DNA of 55,939 nt from Deinococcales bacterium (GCA_043778225.1 JAYWGM010000002.1:1-55939), one strand, 5' to 3'. Shown: positions 1 to 8,954, counted from the first letter of the stretch. The notes: generated from the sequence alone by a model not told the origin. Made by a program: numbers and translations.

Positions 1-366
1 CTCGAGTTCGCGCCACGGACTGGCGTTGCACTCATGCTCGAGTTCAGAAATAATAATTTCGTCGCCAGCCTTAAAAAGCCTCGAGAAGGCGCTCGAAAGC
101 CGAAAAGTTAGGGCGGTAGCACTTGGACCAAGCACCACTTCGTTGGCACTGCACCCAAAAAATTCAGCAGTTTCGATTCGGGTCTGGTCGCGGATGGCGG
201 TCGAAAGTTGCGAACCAGCATACGGCATTCCGATATTGCAACTGGCAGACTCGAGAAAAGCCGTGATGCCCGCAATACAAGCCCGTGGCACCTGTGCGCC
301 AGCCGCGTTATCCAAAAAAGAAAAACCAGAAGCCAAAGCCGGGAAGTGTTGCTTAAAATTGTCCAT
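1..366 (-). CDS. Aminotransferase class V / cysteine desulfurase-like protein (N-terminal part, runs off window)
   Basis: Manual translation from ATG at 366: MDNFKQHFPAL...FLDNAAGAQVP...VVLGPSATAL...GDEIIISELEHECNASPW, typical class V PLP motifs; not in ORF track. Confidence 0.85.
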   Translation of the reverse strand, partial: MDNFKQHFPALASGFSFLDNAAGAQVPRACIAGITAFLESASCNIGMPYAGSQLSTAIRDQTRIETAEFFGCSANEVVLGPSATALTFRLSSAFSRLFKAGDEIIISELEHECNASPWRELE

Positions 367-381
367 AAACAAGTTTAACGC

Positions 382-2106
382 TTATTGGTTGCCAATACCA
401 AAAATATTTTCTGGGTCGAGATGTGCTTTTGCGCCTTTAATCCACTCGAGTCCAGCACTGGATTTCACATCCTTGACAAAGCCAGCCCTCAGTTTGCCAA
501 TCCCATGATGATGCGAAATCGAGCCGCCATGCTCGAGAATCGTTTCGCGGGCGGAATGCTCGAGAACCGCAAACTGCTCGGCTGGGTTTTTAATGCCCGT
601 TGCCAGCGTCGCAAGGTAAAAATAGACGGCTGCCCCCGTGTGATAAAGCTGGGTCACACGCCACGAGATAATCGGTTTACCGGGTAAGCCAAGGCGTTTA
701 TGTTCGCTTAATACTCGAGCCTTGACCGCTTCGCACATCGTCGGTAAGTCCGACCACGAAACACTGGTCTCAAAGGATTCTGCCATAATTCCAAAGCGCA
801 TAAAAAAATCGCGGATGTAAGCAATCGCAAAGGTTAATTGATAACCACGTTTGCCGTTTTCGCCACCAGCCCGAAAGCCATTATGCAGTTTTGCCAGTTG
901 CCCGACCCGAGCCGATTGCAGCGCCGTTTCTTGTGGTGAGCCTTCAAATAAGAGGGTGCAGGCGCACATCAGATTCGGGTCAAAACCCATCGGACCGGTA
1001 ATAATTGCCCGTTCAATTTTGGACTTGGTGGCTTTCCAGCCTAAGGTTTCTGGTTTGAGGGCTTGTCCAAATTGAAACTGAAAATTGTCCATCAGCCGCA
1101 CACTGGCTGGATAGGGCGGAAATTTAGCGAGGTCGCGCATAAAATTGTAACCGTCGGTAAAGTTTTTGAACAAGACCGAATCAAAACGCTGGACTTCGGG
1201 CATCGCAAAAATTTTGACTCGAGCGCTGGTGATAATCCCAAAATTGCCTTCCGAACCAAACGCCAAACTGCGTGGGTCTGTTCCCATGCTTTCACGCGGC
1301 ATGGCTTTACCTTCGATTAAACCCTTGGCGGTGACCATTCTTATATCCAAGACAATATCTTCAATGTTGCCATAGCGATTTTTTTTCATGCCACTCGAGC
1401 GGGTCGCAATCCAACCGCCGAGGGTACTAAATTCGTTGCTGTCTGGTTCGTGACCAATCGTAAAACCCTGTTTCTCGAGTTCGGTCTGTAAATCCGAGCC
1501 AACAATCCCAGCCTGTACATGGGCAATGCGGTTTTCTTTGTCTATCTCGAGGATTTTGTTCATGCGCCGCATATCCACCGAAATGATTGCTCGAGGGTCG
1601 TTGGATGGACAAGCCAGTGCATGACTGACATTCGAGCCTCCACCAAACGGCACAAGCAGCACGCCATGTTCATGCGCCAGTTGTACCAGTTGTTGCACCT
1701 CGAGTTCGGAAATCGGATAAACGATTAAATCCGGGACTCGAGCCAATGCGCCGTGTCGAATCGCATGGACTTCCTCGAGCGAATGCCCGTGTCCATGTCT
1801 GCGCCGAGCGGTTTCGTCTTGGCTGTAAGCAATTTCTTGCAGTGCGCTAATAAAGGCACTTGCGTCTTTGGGTGGTGCAATCGGGCTAAGACCTTTGACT
1901 TGAAATTCGGGTTGCAAGACCAGTGTTGTGTCCAGCACGCCGTTTGCCCACGAAATCAGGTGCGGCAGTCGCTTGCCCGACATTTCATAACGCGCCCCAA
2001 TCAGTTTAACCATGTCGTTCTCGAGGTCAAGTCCAGAATCGGTGTAACCCCAACCATCAAAACGTTCACCACGCGGCACAGAAGGATCGATTGCAAATTT
2101 CGTCAT
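382..2106 (-). CDS. FAD-linked oxidase, alkyldihydroxyacetone-phosphate synthase (AGPS)-like
   Basis: PFGGGSNV FAD loop, GHEPDSNEFSTLGGWIATRSSGMKKNRYGNIED, C-terminal SHHHGIG; leaderless TATACT-N7-ATG start. Confidence 0.85.
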   Translation of the reverse strand: MTKFAIDPSVPRGERFDGWGYTDSGLDLENDMVKLIGARYEMSGKRLPHLISWANGVLDTTLVLQPEFQVKGLSPIAPPKDASAFISALQEIAYSQDETARRRHGHGHSLEEVHAIRHGALARVPDLIVYPISELEVQQLVQLAHEHGVLLVPFGGGSNVSHALACPSNDPRAIISVDMRRMNKILEIDKENRIAHVQAGIVGSDLQTELEKQGFTIGHEPDSNEFSTLGGWIATRSSGMKKNRYGNIEDIVLDIRMVTAKGLIEGKAMPRESMGTDPRSLAFGSEGNFGIITSARVKIFAMPEVQRFDSVLFKNFTDGYNFMRDLAKFPPYPASVRLMDNFQFQFGQALKPETLGWKATKSKIERAIITGPMGFDPNLMCACTLLFEGSPQETALQSARVGQLAKLHNGFRAGGENGKRGYQLTFAIAYIRDFFMRFGIMAESFETSVSWSDLPTMCEAVKARVLSEHKRLGLPGKPIISWRVTQLYHTGAAVYFYLATLATGIKNPAEQFAVLEHSARETILEHGGSISHHHGIGKLRAGFVKDVKSSAGLEWIKGAKAHLDPENIFGIGNQ

Positions 2107-2142
2107 GATGTCCAGTATACGCCCACCAGACTCGAGGCGATA

Positions 2143-2224
2143 AGGCTAAATAGCTGGTGATGGCTTGGTGTGCTACGAGGCTCAAAATAGCTTGGTGATT
2201 GACGAGGCTCAAATAGCTTGGTGA
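2143..2224. repeat. Short degenerate tandem repeat
   Basis: ACGAGGCTCAAA(A)TAGCTTGGTGA at 2175 and 2202 plus a decayed copy at 2143. Confidence 0.7.
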
Positions 2225-2838
2225 ATCATGGTCTCGAGTGGCTGCATGGCTCGCAAACGATAATAGGCTTCCATCGTGCGTGGATGCACAACCCGTCCTT
2301 TACTTTGCAGATAATGCACCTTACAAGTCAGGGCTTGGTGGTATGCGCGTTCCAAATCCAGAAAAGCCAATTCACGGATGTCATCGTTGACCCCACGTCC
2401 GGGTTCGGAGACATCGGCAACATAGACACAAATCGAAAGTAAATTGCCGCTCCGTGGTCCGGTCACGTGTTCTTCGACGGCATCGAGGACATCGCGGTCG
2501 GTCATTCCCCATTGCTCGAGAATCGCTCGCCCAGCCCGACCATGAACCGCCAACGGGTGGTCAGCATCCGCCAAGGTTTCAGGCGGGGCTAAACGCAATA
2601 ATTCCAAAGCTGGTAAATCCCGTGCAACATCGTGCAGAATTCCAGCCAAATACGCCTTATCGGAGTCAAGGCTGTGCGCCATCGCAATGTCTCGAGCCAG
2701 CGCCGCCACCCGTTCGATATGAGCAAAACGCTCTGGTTTAACCATGGCTCGGACTCGAGCCGCCCAAAAAGCCACTGGCGCAGACGGTGCTACTTGCAGA
2801 AGAATAGCCAACTCAGTCACTCCTTCCCCATTTCCCAA
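2209..2838 (-). CDS. yqeK: YqeK-family HD hydrolase (Ap4A symmetrical hydrolase-like)
   Basis: RFAHIERV, AGILHDVAR, HGRAG, VYVADVSEPGR motifs; exact start uncertain. Confidence 0.85.
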   Translation of the reverse strand: MGNGEGVTELAILLQVAPSAPVAFWAARVRAMVKPERFAHIERVAALARDIAMAHSLDSDKAYLAGILHDVARDLPALELLRLAPPETLADADHPLAVHGRAGRAILEQWGMTDRDVLDAVEEHVTGPRSGNLLSICVYVADVSEPGRGVNDDIRELAFLDLERAYHQALTCKVHYLQSKGRVVHPRTMEAYYRLRAMQPLETMIHQAI

Positions 2839-2854
2839 AGAAGATTCTACCGCG

Positions 2855-2893
2855 TCGTCAGCTTTTTGTCACCCCTTTGTCAGCCATTTGTGA
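2855..2893. promoter_or_regulatory. 11-bp-period direct repeats, OmpR/PhoB-box-like
   Basis: TCGTCA, TTGTCA, TTGTCA, TTGTGA starting at 2855, 2866, 2877, 2888. Confidence 0.45.
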
Positions 2894-3038
2894 AAAAAGC
2901 GCACAAGCCACTAGGATTGGTAGTTGTGCTTTGTAAAAACACAGTCAGTAAGGTAGAGCAGTAGGGCAGAACAACCTAAGCCACTGCTCGAGAAGGTAGT
3001 TGTCTGTAAACGCGGTGCAGCCCTGACTAAAAAAATAG

Positions 3039-4496
3039 CCTTTTCAGCTTCCAAGCTCGGTCTCGAGTGCGGTCAATCCAACCAGCACCCAAAGCCCAGC
3101 TTCCTCGAGTCTCCCAATTGTTAATCCAATTACGATTACAGCACCAAATCAGGTTGCCCCGCCGATAACTGGAACGAATTCTGCCTCGAGTGTGACTGCG
3201 CCTGTTGGGACTGTGCCTGTTGGTAATCCTGTGGCGGTTAAACCGCCCTCGAGTGTTAAGCCAGTCTCGAGTAGTGCGCCGCCAAATAGAATTATCAGAC
3301 CATTTGATGGTGTTGGCTCGAGTTCTTCGGCTGGTGTAGATTGTTTTAAGGCAGTGGCAAAGTCTCTTGATTCACAAGATGCCATTTCGGCGCAACAAGC
3401 GGAGCAACAAATGGGAAATCTTGAAGCCTGTGCGCGTAAAGAAGCTCAGAATGAACTTGAGAATCGTTATCGTCAACAAGGTTTGGATGCGGCGGCAGCA
3501 AAACTCCAAGCGCAAGCTGATTTGAATGCCCTTGACGGTTATTTCCAAGCGGGTCAATTTGAACCTCGAGACCGAATTCAATTCTTAACTGGATTGGCTG
3601 TTGGACTAGCCTCGAATCAGATTACAATTCCCGAATGGCGTAAAGAACTCGCAGCAATTTGTGGGATTCGGTCTCGAGCCAGTGCTGGTGCAATTGGAAC
3701 GTGCGATGAAGCGTTTAAGAACAATGGTTTTGGAGGTCGAGCAGCCTATATGGGTGGTGGTTGTCCAACCAATTCTGGAACGGCTTTGGCTTCAAACCCA
3801 TGTGACTCTAAAGATGCTCGTTTAGCCCCTAAAAATGCAACCCTAACCGATAGGGGTGATAGAAATCATCTTGGAGATTGGTTGTTTGGTAAGGGTGGGT
3901 ATGATATGTCAAGAAATAAGATTACAGGTTCAGGCGTTGGTGGTCAGTTGGACTCGAGAACTCAAGTTGGGATTAGTAAGAATGCACAACAAGCCTTTCA
4001 TGATGTCGCTATGGCATTTGATCGTTATTGCCAAAATCTAAGAAGCCCAAATCTGAATCCAGATAGACTTGATAGTATTTCATTAACAGGTCCCGGCGCA
4101 GAAGTTGCTTTTGGATATGGTGCAAAACTGACATCACAAATAACTGTTCCAATCAATAATTTGCCAAATACCAGTTTGAGCGTTACAGGAGCAGCAAACC
4201 CATTACAAGCAACTACCTCTATAGGTCTAAGTGGTGTTTCTGTGTCTCCACCTAGTATCAACTTCGGTCTTGGACTTGCACTTTATTATGGCGGATTCAC
4301 TGCAAATTTGTCTAATAACGGTAGTAATCAAATAAATTCAGGGGCGCTTAATGGGGGACTCAGTCTTGTTTACTTTCAAGGTGGTTTTTCCATAGGTACA
4401 AAAGGTGAATTCCAAGTCCAACTTGGTGCAGGACTTGGATTGGGAGCCGCAGGAAGTTTATCAATTACACCACCTAAAGATTGTAAAAAAGGATAA
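3039..4496 (+). CDS. Orphan polymorphic-toxin cassette 1 (P/S/T stalk + pre-toxin region + Gly-rich C-terminal domain)
   Basis: Frame opens after TAG at 3036 with no convincing RBS/start; begins inside the stalk repeat shared with 5145-5412 and 10311-10527; followed directly by a small AT-rich gene. Confidence 0.7.
   Translation, partial: PFQLPSSVSSAVNPTSTQSPASSSLPIVNPITITAPNQVAPPITGTNSASSVTAPVGTVPVGNPVAVKPPSSVKPVSSSAPPNRIIRPFDGVGSSSSAGVDCFKAVAKSLDSQDAISAQQAEQQMGNLEACARKEAQNELENRYRQQGLDAAAAKLQAQADLNALDGYFQAGQFEPRDRIQFLTGLAVGLASNQITIPEWRKELAAICGIRSRASAGAIGTCDEAFKNNGFGGRAAYMGGGCPTNSGTALASNPCDSKDARLAPKNATLTDRGDRNHLGDWLFGKGGYDMSRNKITGSGVGGQLDSRTQVGISKNAQQAFHDVAMAFDRYCQNLRSPNLNPDRLDSISLTGPGAEVAFGYGAKLTSQITVPINNLPNTSLSVTGAANPLQATTSIGLSGVSVSPPSINFGLGLALYYGGFTANLSNNGSNQINSGALNGGLSLVYFQGGFSIGTKGEFQVQLGAGLGLGAAGSLSITPPKDCKKG
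3049..3285 (+). repeat. Stalk homology block, copy A
   Basis: Encodes PSSVSSAVNPTSTQSPASSSLPIVNPITITAPNQVAPP..., near-identical DNA to copies B and C. Confidence 0.9.
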
Positions 4497-4498
4497 AT

Positions 4499-4957
4499 GT
4501 GATACTTCTCTATTCAATTTTGAGCTTTTTTCATACTGCTGTTTTGCTTTATATTTCTATCAGAGTGTTTCAAGGATTTAATGAGGTAATCGATACTAAT
4601 TTGTTTGGAATTGTTTTTATTACTGTTCTTTATATTTTTACATCTTTTGCTTTTCGATTTCAAATAGCAAAAGATTCACTATTTGTAACTTTTTATGGCA
4701 TTAGAATTAATCGCATAGATATAAAAAGTGTTAAAATTGTTAAATTTTCAAATGTGTTCGAGATATTGGCAAAAAATGTTTGGAAAACCAATATACCTTT
4801 TTTGTTGATACCATTAGTTTGCGTCTCAGTTGAATATAGAGGTGGGTTTTTTCAATATGTTTTATATTTCGGACGTTTTTTCAATTCAACTCAGGTAGCA
4901 GAATTCAATAAAATCATGCTGCAAAACGATAGTGGTGAGTCCAACCTAAAACGTTAA
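4499..4957 (+). CDS. Putative membrane immunity protein for cassette 1
   Basis: 152 aa, hydrophobic helices, very AT-rich, starts 2 nt after toxin stop. Confidence 0.65.
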   Translation: MILLYSILSFFHTAVLLYISIRVFQGFNEVIDTNLFGIVFITVLYIFTSFAFRFQIAKDSLFVTFYGIRINRIDIKSVKIVKFSNVFEILAKNVWKTNIPFLLIPLVCVSVEYRGGFFQYVLYFGRFFNSTQVAEFNKIMLQNDSGESNLKR

Positions 4958-5029
4958 TAACTAGCCTACCCTCAAGTAACCAAAATACCATAACAACCAA
5001 CCCAAGCCCAGCAATCTCGAGTCCAGCCG

Positions 5030-5130
5030 CAGAGTTTTATCTTTTGGGTTCAAAAATCACGGCGATGGTTTTCCGCGTACAAAGAATCTTCGTCCCTGAT
5101 GGTTCAGGGTTTTCAAAAGATAAAACCCTG
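5030..5130. mobile_element. 101-bp MITE with 17-bp terminal inverted repeats and 10-bp target duplication
   Basis: CAGAGTTTTATCTTTTG ... CAAAAGATAAAACCCTG (1 mismatch); AGTCCAGCCG duplicated at 5020-5029 and 5131-5140. Confidence 0.85.
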
Positions 5131-7074
5131 AGTCCAGCCGCTCAGCCCATAGCCCTACCAGCCCCAGTCAACACCTTGCCAAGCTCGGTCTCGAGTGCGG
5201 TCAATCCAACCAGTACCCAAAGCCCAGCTTCCTCGAGTCTCCCAATCATCAATCCAATAACGATTACCGCCCCGAATCAGGTAGCTCCGCCGATAACTGG
5301 AACGAATTCTGCCTCGAGTGTGGTTGCGCCTGTTGGGAGTGTGCCGGTTGGTAATCCTGTGGCGGTTAAACCACCTGCGAGTGCTGTGAAACCAGTCTCG
5401 AGTAGTGCGCCACCTCGAGTGATAAAAGTCTTTGATTTCTGGGGTCCTGAAGGCAATATCTGTTCGACAGTCAAAACAACGGGTGAACTCGAGTCTTGTA
5501 CTAAAGCCAGAGATTTGCAGGATGAACGAGAAAGATTAGAAGCACAAGCTCGAGCGGGTAATTCTGACGCTCAGAAGAAATTGGCAAATAATTTGATTAG
5601 CGAAGCTAAACTTTATGCCTATCATCGAGTCGGACCACAAGCTGCGGCTGATATTGAGGTTTACCGAGCTTATATTACTGAGAATTTTGATCCTGCTAGT
5701 CAAGTTGGAATGGCTGCTACGCTGAGTTTGTGGATGCAAACAGGAGCGCCATCTGAAATTCGTTGGCGATTACAACAAACTGTTCCCGAATTGCGTAAAT
5801 ACGTCAATCAAATGCGTGAAGTGCGAAAATATGATGCTGGTGTGCGAGCCGGAACAATTCGCTACGACCCAAATGATTATGGTCGCCTTAGAAGTGGCAT
5901 TGATGGAGGTAAAGCCCAACTTGCTTTTATGCTTGGAACTGGTCTGATTGATAATTGGGATGCTTTTGGTAATGTTGACCCGTTTAGCTGGCTTGATATA
6001 TTTGATATTATCGGGGTGTTTAGCGTGGTGTTTTCACTTGCAAAACTTGGTGGTAAAGCCTTGGCGAATGGTTTACGGAGTATCTTGCGTAATGGAGCTA
6101 AAGTGGGTGGTCGAGCCATTGGTGAAACGACTTTTGGTCGTGCAGTAGCAAAAGCTGAAGCTCGAGCAGCAAGGTGTTTTGGCAATAGTTTTACTGCAAA
6201 TACCAAAGTCTGGGTAGCTCGAGCCGCTAATGACCTGACTAGCAAAGCCAAAGTCACCCTCGAGAAAACCAAAACACTTGCAAAGACAGCCTTAACTGCG
6301 GTTGCTATCTCGAGTATTGGTGTGGGTACACAAGTCTTAGCGCATAACGAACAAACTAAACTCGAGACTCCTCAAATTGTTACAGCGACCCACGAACACA
6401 TTGACCCTATCATCGTGACCTTAAAACTCGAAACGAGTGATAAGAAACTCGAGACTGTTCAAACTACGCCTGAACACCCATTCTTTGCACTTCTCGAGCC
6501 AAGTAAAACGGCTAATGGTGTTTGGGTTAATGCTGGCGAACTCGAGAATGGAAATTGGCTTAAACGAGCTAATGGCGAAACTGGCATTGTTAGAAGCGTT
6601 AGTTTTGAAGTCAAGTCTCAGAAAATGTATAACTTAACGGTTGCTCGAGACCACACTTACTTTGTGGGGGATGGGCAGTGGTTGGTACATAATTGCCCCG
6701 AGTTCTATCACGGAACAAGTGTACAGTCAGCAGGTAGACTACTCAGAGGGGCTGAACTCGATACAGCCGTAGCAAGTGCATTAAAAGCTGATGGTGCGGC
6801 TGGTTTTTACCTTGGAACAAGCTCTGATTCTGCGTGGTTTTATTATGCTGCTCGACGCGACGGAACTGTTCTGACATATAACCTTAGTGACGAAGCCTAT
6901 GCCGCTCTAACAGCATCTGGTGCGAGGCTTCAAAATATACCTGTAGGCGCAAGGTCTGCACCCGGAGCAAGTCTTGGTCAAGAATTTTTCATTCCACCAG
7001 AAGCATTTGCGCTTTTTAATCAGCTCGTTAAGTCTGGACAGATTACGATACGAGCAGCACCTTTGCCCAAATAG
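5044..7074 (+). CDS. Polymorphic-toxin cassette 2: stalk + pre-toxin region + Hint domain + ADP-ribosyltransferase-like toxin
   Basis: Hint motifs CFGNSFTANTKV, TTPEHPF, MYNLTVARDHTYFVG...WLVHN|C; C-terminal FYHGT / GFYL / QEF. Confidence 0.85.
   Translation: MGSKITAMVFRVQRIFVPDGSGFSKDKTLSPAAQPIALPAPVNTLPSSVSSAVNPTSTQSPASSSLPIINPITITAPNQVAPPITGTNSASSVVAPVGSVPVGNPVAVKPPASAVKPVSSSAPPRVIKVFDFWGPEGNICSTVKTTGELESCTKARDLQDERERLEAQARAGNSDAQKKLANNLISEAKLYAYHRVGPQAAADIEVYRAYITENFDPASQVGMAATLSLWMQTGAPSEIRWRLQQTVPELRKYVNQMREVRKYDAGVRAGTIRYDPNDYGRLRSGIDGGKAQLAFMLGTGLIDNWDAFGNVDPFSWLDIFDIIGVFSVVFSLAKLGGKALANGLRSILRNGAKVGGRAIGETTFGRAVAKAEARAARCFGNSFTANTKVWVARAANDLTSKAKVTLEKTKTLAKTALTAVAISSIGVGTQVLAHNEQTKLETPQIVTATHEHIDPIIVTLKLETSDKKLETVQTTPEHPFFALLEPSKTANGVWVNAGELENGNWLKRANGETGIVRSVSFEVKSQKMYNLTVARDHTYFVGDGQWLVHNCPEFYHGTSVQSAGRLLRGAELDTAVASALKADGAAGFYLGTSSDSAWFYYAARRDGTVLTYNLSDEAYAALTASGARLQNIPVGARSAPGASLGQEFFIPPEAFALFNQLVKSGQITIRAAPLPK
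5145..5412 (+). repeat. Stalk homology block, copy B
   Basis: QPIALPAPVNTLPSSVSSAVNPTSTQSP...VKPVSSSAPP. Confidence 0.9.
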
Positions 7075-7091
7075 CGAGTAGGAGTATTTCT

Positions 7092-7532
7092 GTGAATGAA
7101 TTAACCAAAATAGATGTAAATGATGTAAGAGCGAAGTATTTGTCCAATCCATCATTCGTTTTTCGTAGAGGCATCCCTAATCTATTTGAACTTTCGATGG
7201 CAATAGCAGAAGGGGCTTTTTATCTTGGATGTTCAAAAGTCGAAATTGAAGTATTTAAGGATTGGCAGATAGTTAAGGGAAATCACGATTGGATTTGCGA
7301 AAATCCAGTAAAATCTGAGATTTTCTTCTTCGACCACTTAGTACCCTTTCCAGAATTAGACATTAATTCTGCACATTGGGAATTTTACTTATCTGTATAC
7401 TGTGTATGTATTTTGACGGCTAAGGATGAAATAATAACGGTAATTAAGGAAAATGAGTATATTGCCCTAGAGATAAATCAGGCACTAGAAAGTGTTCCAA
7501 TTGGCTGGCGTGCTGTAGCATTTAAGCTCTAA
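7092..7532 (+). CDS. Putative immunity protein for cassette 2
   Basis: 146 aa, AGGAG RBS, AT-rich, directly downstream of toxin. Confidence 0.7.
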   Translation: MNELTKIDVNDVRAKYLSNPSFVFRRGIPNLFELSMAIAEGAFYLGCSKVEIEVFKDWQIVKGNHDWICENPVKSEIFFFDHLVPFPELDINSAHWEFYLSVYCVCILTAKDEIITVIKENEYIALEINQALESVPIGWRAVAFKL

Positions 7533-7570
7533 ATTTTTTATCTTGAGTTTAATTATGATTAAGTTACTGT

Positions 7571-8367
7571 ATGACCTAGCCAGCAAAGCCAAAGCCACCC
7601 TCGAGAAAACCAAGACTATTGCTAAAACCGCTCTGGCTGCGGTCGCTATCTCGAGTATTGCAGTGGGTACGCAAGTCCTAGCGCATAACGAACAAACCAA
7701 ACTCGAGAGTCCACAAACTGTTACGGCTACCATTAACCATACCGACCCGATTACTGTAAAACTTGTCCTCGAGACGAACACTGGCAAACTCGAGACCATA
7801 GAAGCTACTCCAGAACACCCGTTTTATGCTCTGCTCGAGCCTAAGAAGAATGCAAGCGGAATTTGGGTTAATGCTGGGGAATTACAACCCAATAATTGGT
7901 TGCGACGTGCCAATGGTGAAACTGGGATTGTTAAAAGCCTCGAGTGGTTGACTGGCACGAAGCGGATGTATAATTTGAGTGTTGCAAAAGACAATACTTT
8001 CTTCGTAGGGAATGGGCAATGGTTGGTTCACAATCAGAACCAACCAAGGTATGAAGGTCCAAAACCAACATTTTCTGTAAACGGCGCTCATGTACCCGGT
8101 CAGCCTGGATTTCGTCCGAATAAAACAATACAGCCTGCTGATGCTGCGGAAGTTTTTCGGACTGCTATTCCTGATAGCGCTACAAATCCACGGGTTTGGT
8201 GGGGAGTAAATGCTAATGGTCAGGTCTATAGGTTTAGTGTTGATAACAATGGAGTGGCTCACTTTAGTGGAATAGATGGTGTCGGTGATGGAACAAGAAA
8301 TATGTCATCTTACGCAGCAGACAGACTTCAAGAAAGGTTTCCAAATGTTGAGATTCACTGTAGATAA
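7571..8367 (+). CDS. Orphan cassette 3: N-terminally truncated Hint domain + small toxin domain
   Basis: 7571-8034 homologous to 6230-6693, ending WLVHN; lacks the Hint N-terminal block; distinct 110-aa C-terminus (…VWWG…YRFS…HFSG). Confidence 0.8.
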
Positions 8368-8878
8368 ATTAGCCAAGCATTTTGAGGTGCATTTTGAAAT
8401 CGAAACCATTCATGAAACGTGGGTTTATGGAAAATTCTTTTTTCAAATTGGCGAAAATATTATTGGCAATGAGGAAGAATCTGTTGCTCTCAATATTGCA
8501 TTTGGTTGGATAGAACAGTATCTAAAAACCAATCAATTTGAAAACGATTCCAGAATTACTGAACTTTCTACAGAAGAAGTATTTGCAACATTTTACGACC
8601 CCTTTTTTATCTATAAAGTTACAAGTTTACAACCCAAATTCCCGATAATTTCTCACCCTAATGATTATCGTTTTTACGTCTCACATCTTGGTGAATCATC
8701 TTTTAATAATTGGGCTATTTTATTTTTTGATAATACGGGTTTTCAAAGAATCCTTTGGGCTACGTTAGATTCGAGAAGTATTTCAGAGGCTTTTTTAGAA
8801 GTGAATACTTTTCAAAATGCCTTACAAAATGCTTTGAAAAAGTATCATGAAGCATTATTGCGGGTAAGACCCCCATAA
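8345..8878 (+). CDS. Immunity protein, Imm42-like
   Basis: FEVHFEI...WVYGKFFFQIG..IIG...SSFNNWAILF...RILW pattern recalled for Imm42; overlaps toxin 3' end; start inferred. Confidence 0.6.
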   Translation: MLRFTVDKLAKHFEVHFEIETIHETWVYGKFFFQIGENIIGNEEESVALNIAFGWIEQYLKTNQFENDSRITELSTEEVFATFYDPFFIYKVTSLQPKFPIISHPNDYRFYVSHLGESSFNNWAILFFDNTGFQRILWATLDSRSISEAFLEVNTFQNALQNALKKYHEALLRVRPP

Positions 8879-8907
8879 ATTTACTGCGAAACTTTTGTTT
8901 CAACTTG

Positions 8908-8931
8908 AAACCCCGCCATTTCTGACGGGGT
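8908..8931 (-). terminator. Stem-loop/terminator of the small minus-strand gene
   Basis: Minus-strand RNA ACCCCGUCA-GAAA-UGGCGGGGU-UU. Confidence 0.55.
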
Positions 8932-8954
8932 GTAGCTTCTCGAGGTTCAAATGG

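Noticed and set aside
6175..6693. Classical intein with homing endonuclease
   Set aside because: No LAGLIDADG/HNH motifs; context is a pre-toxin Hint domain
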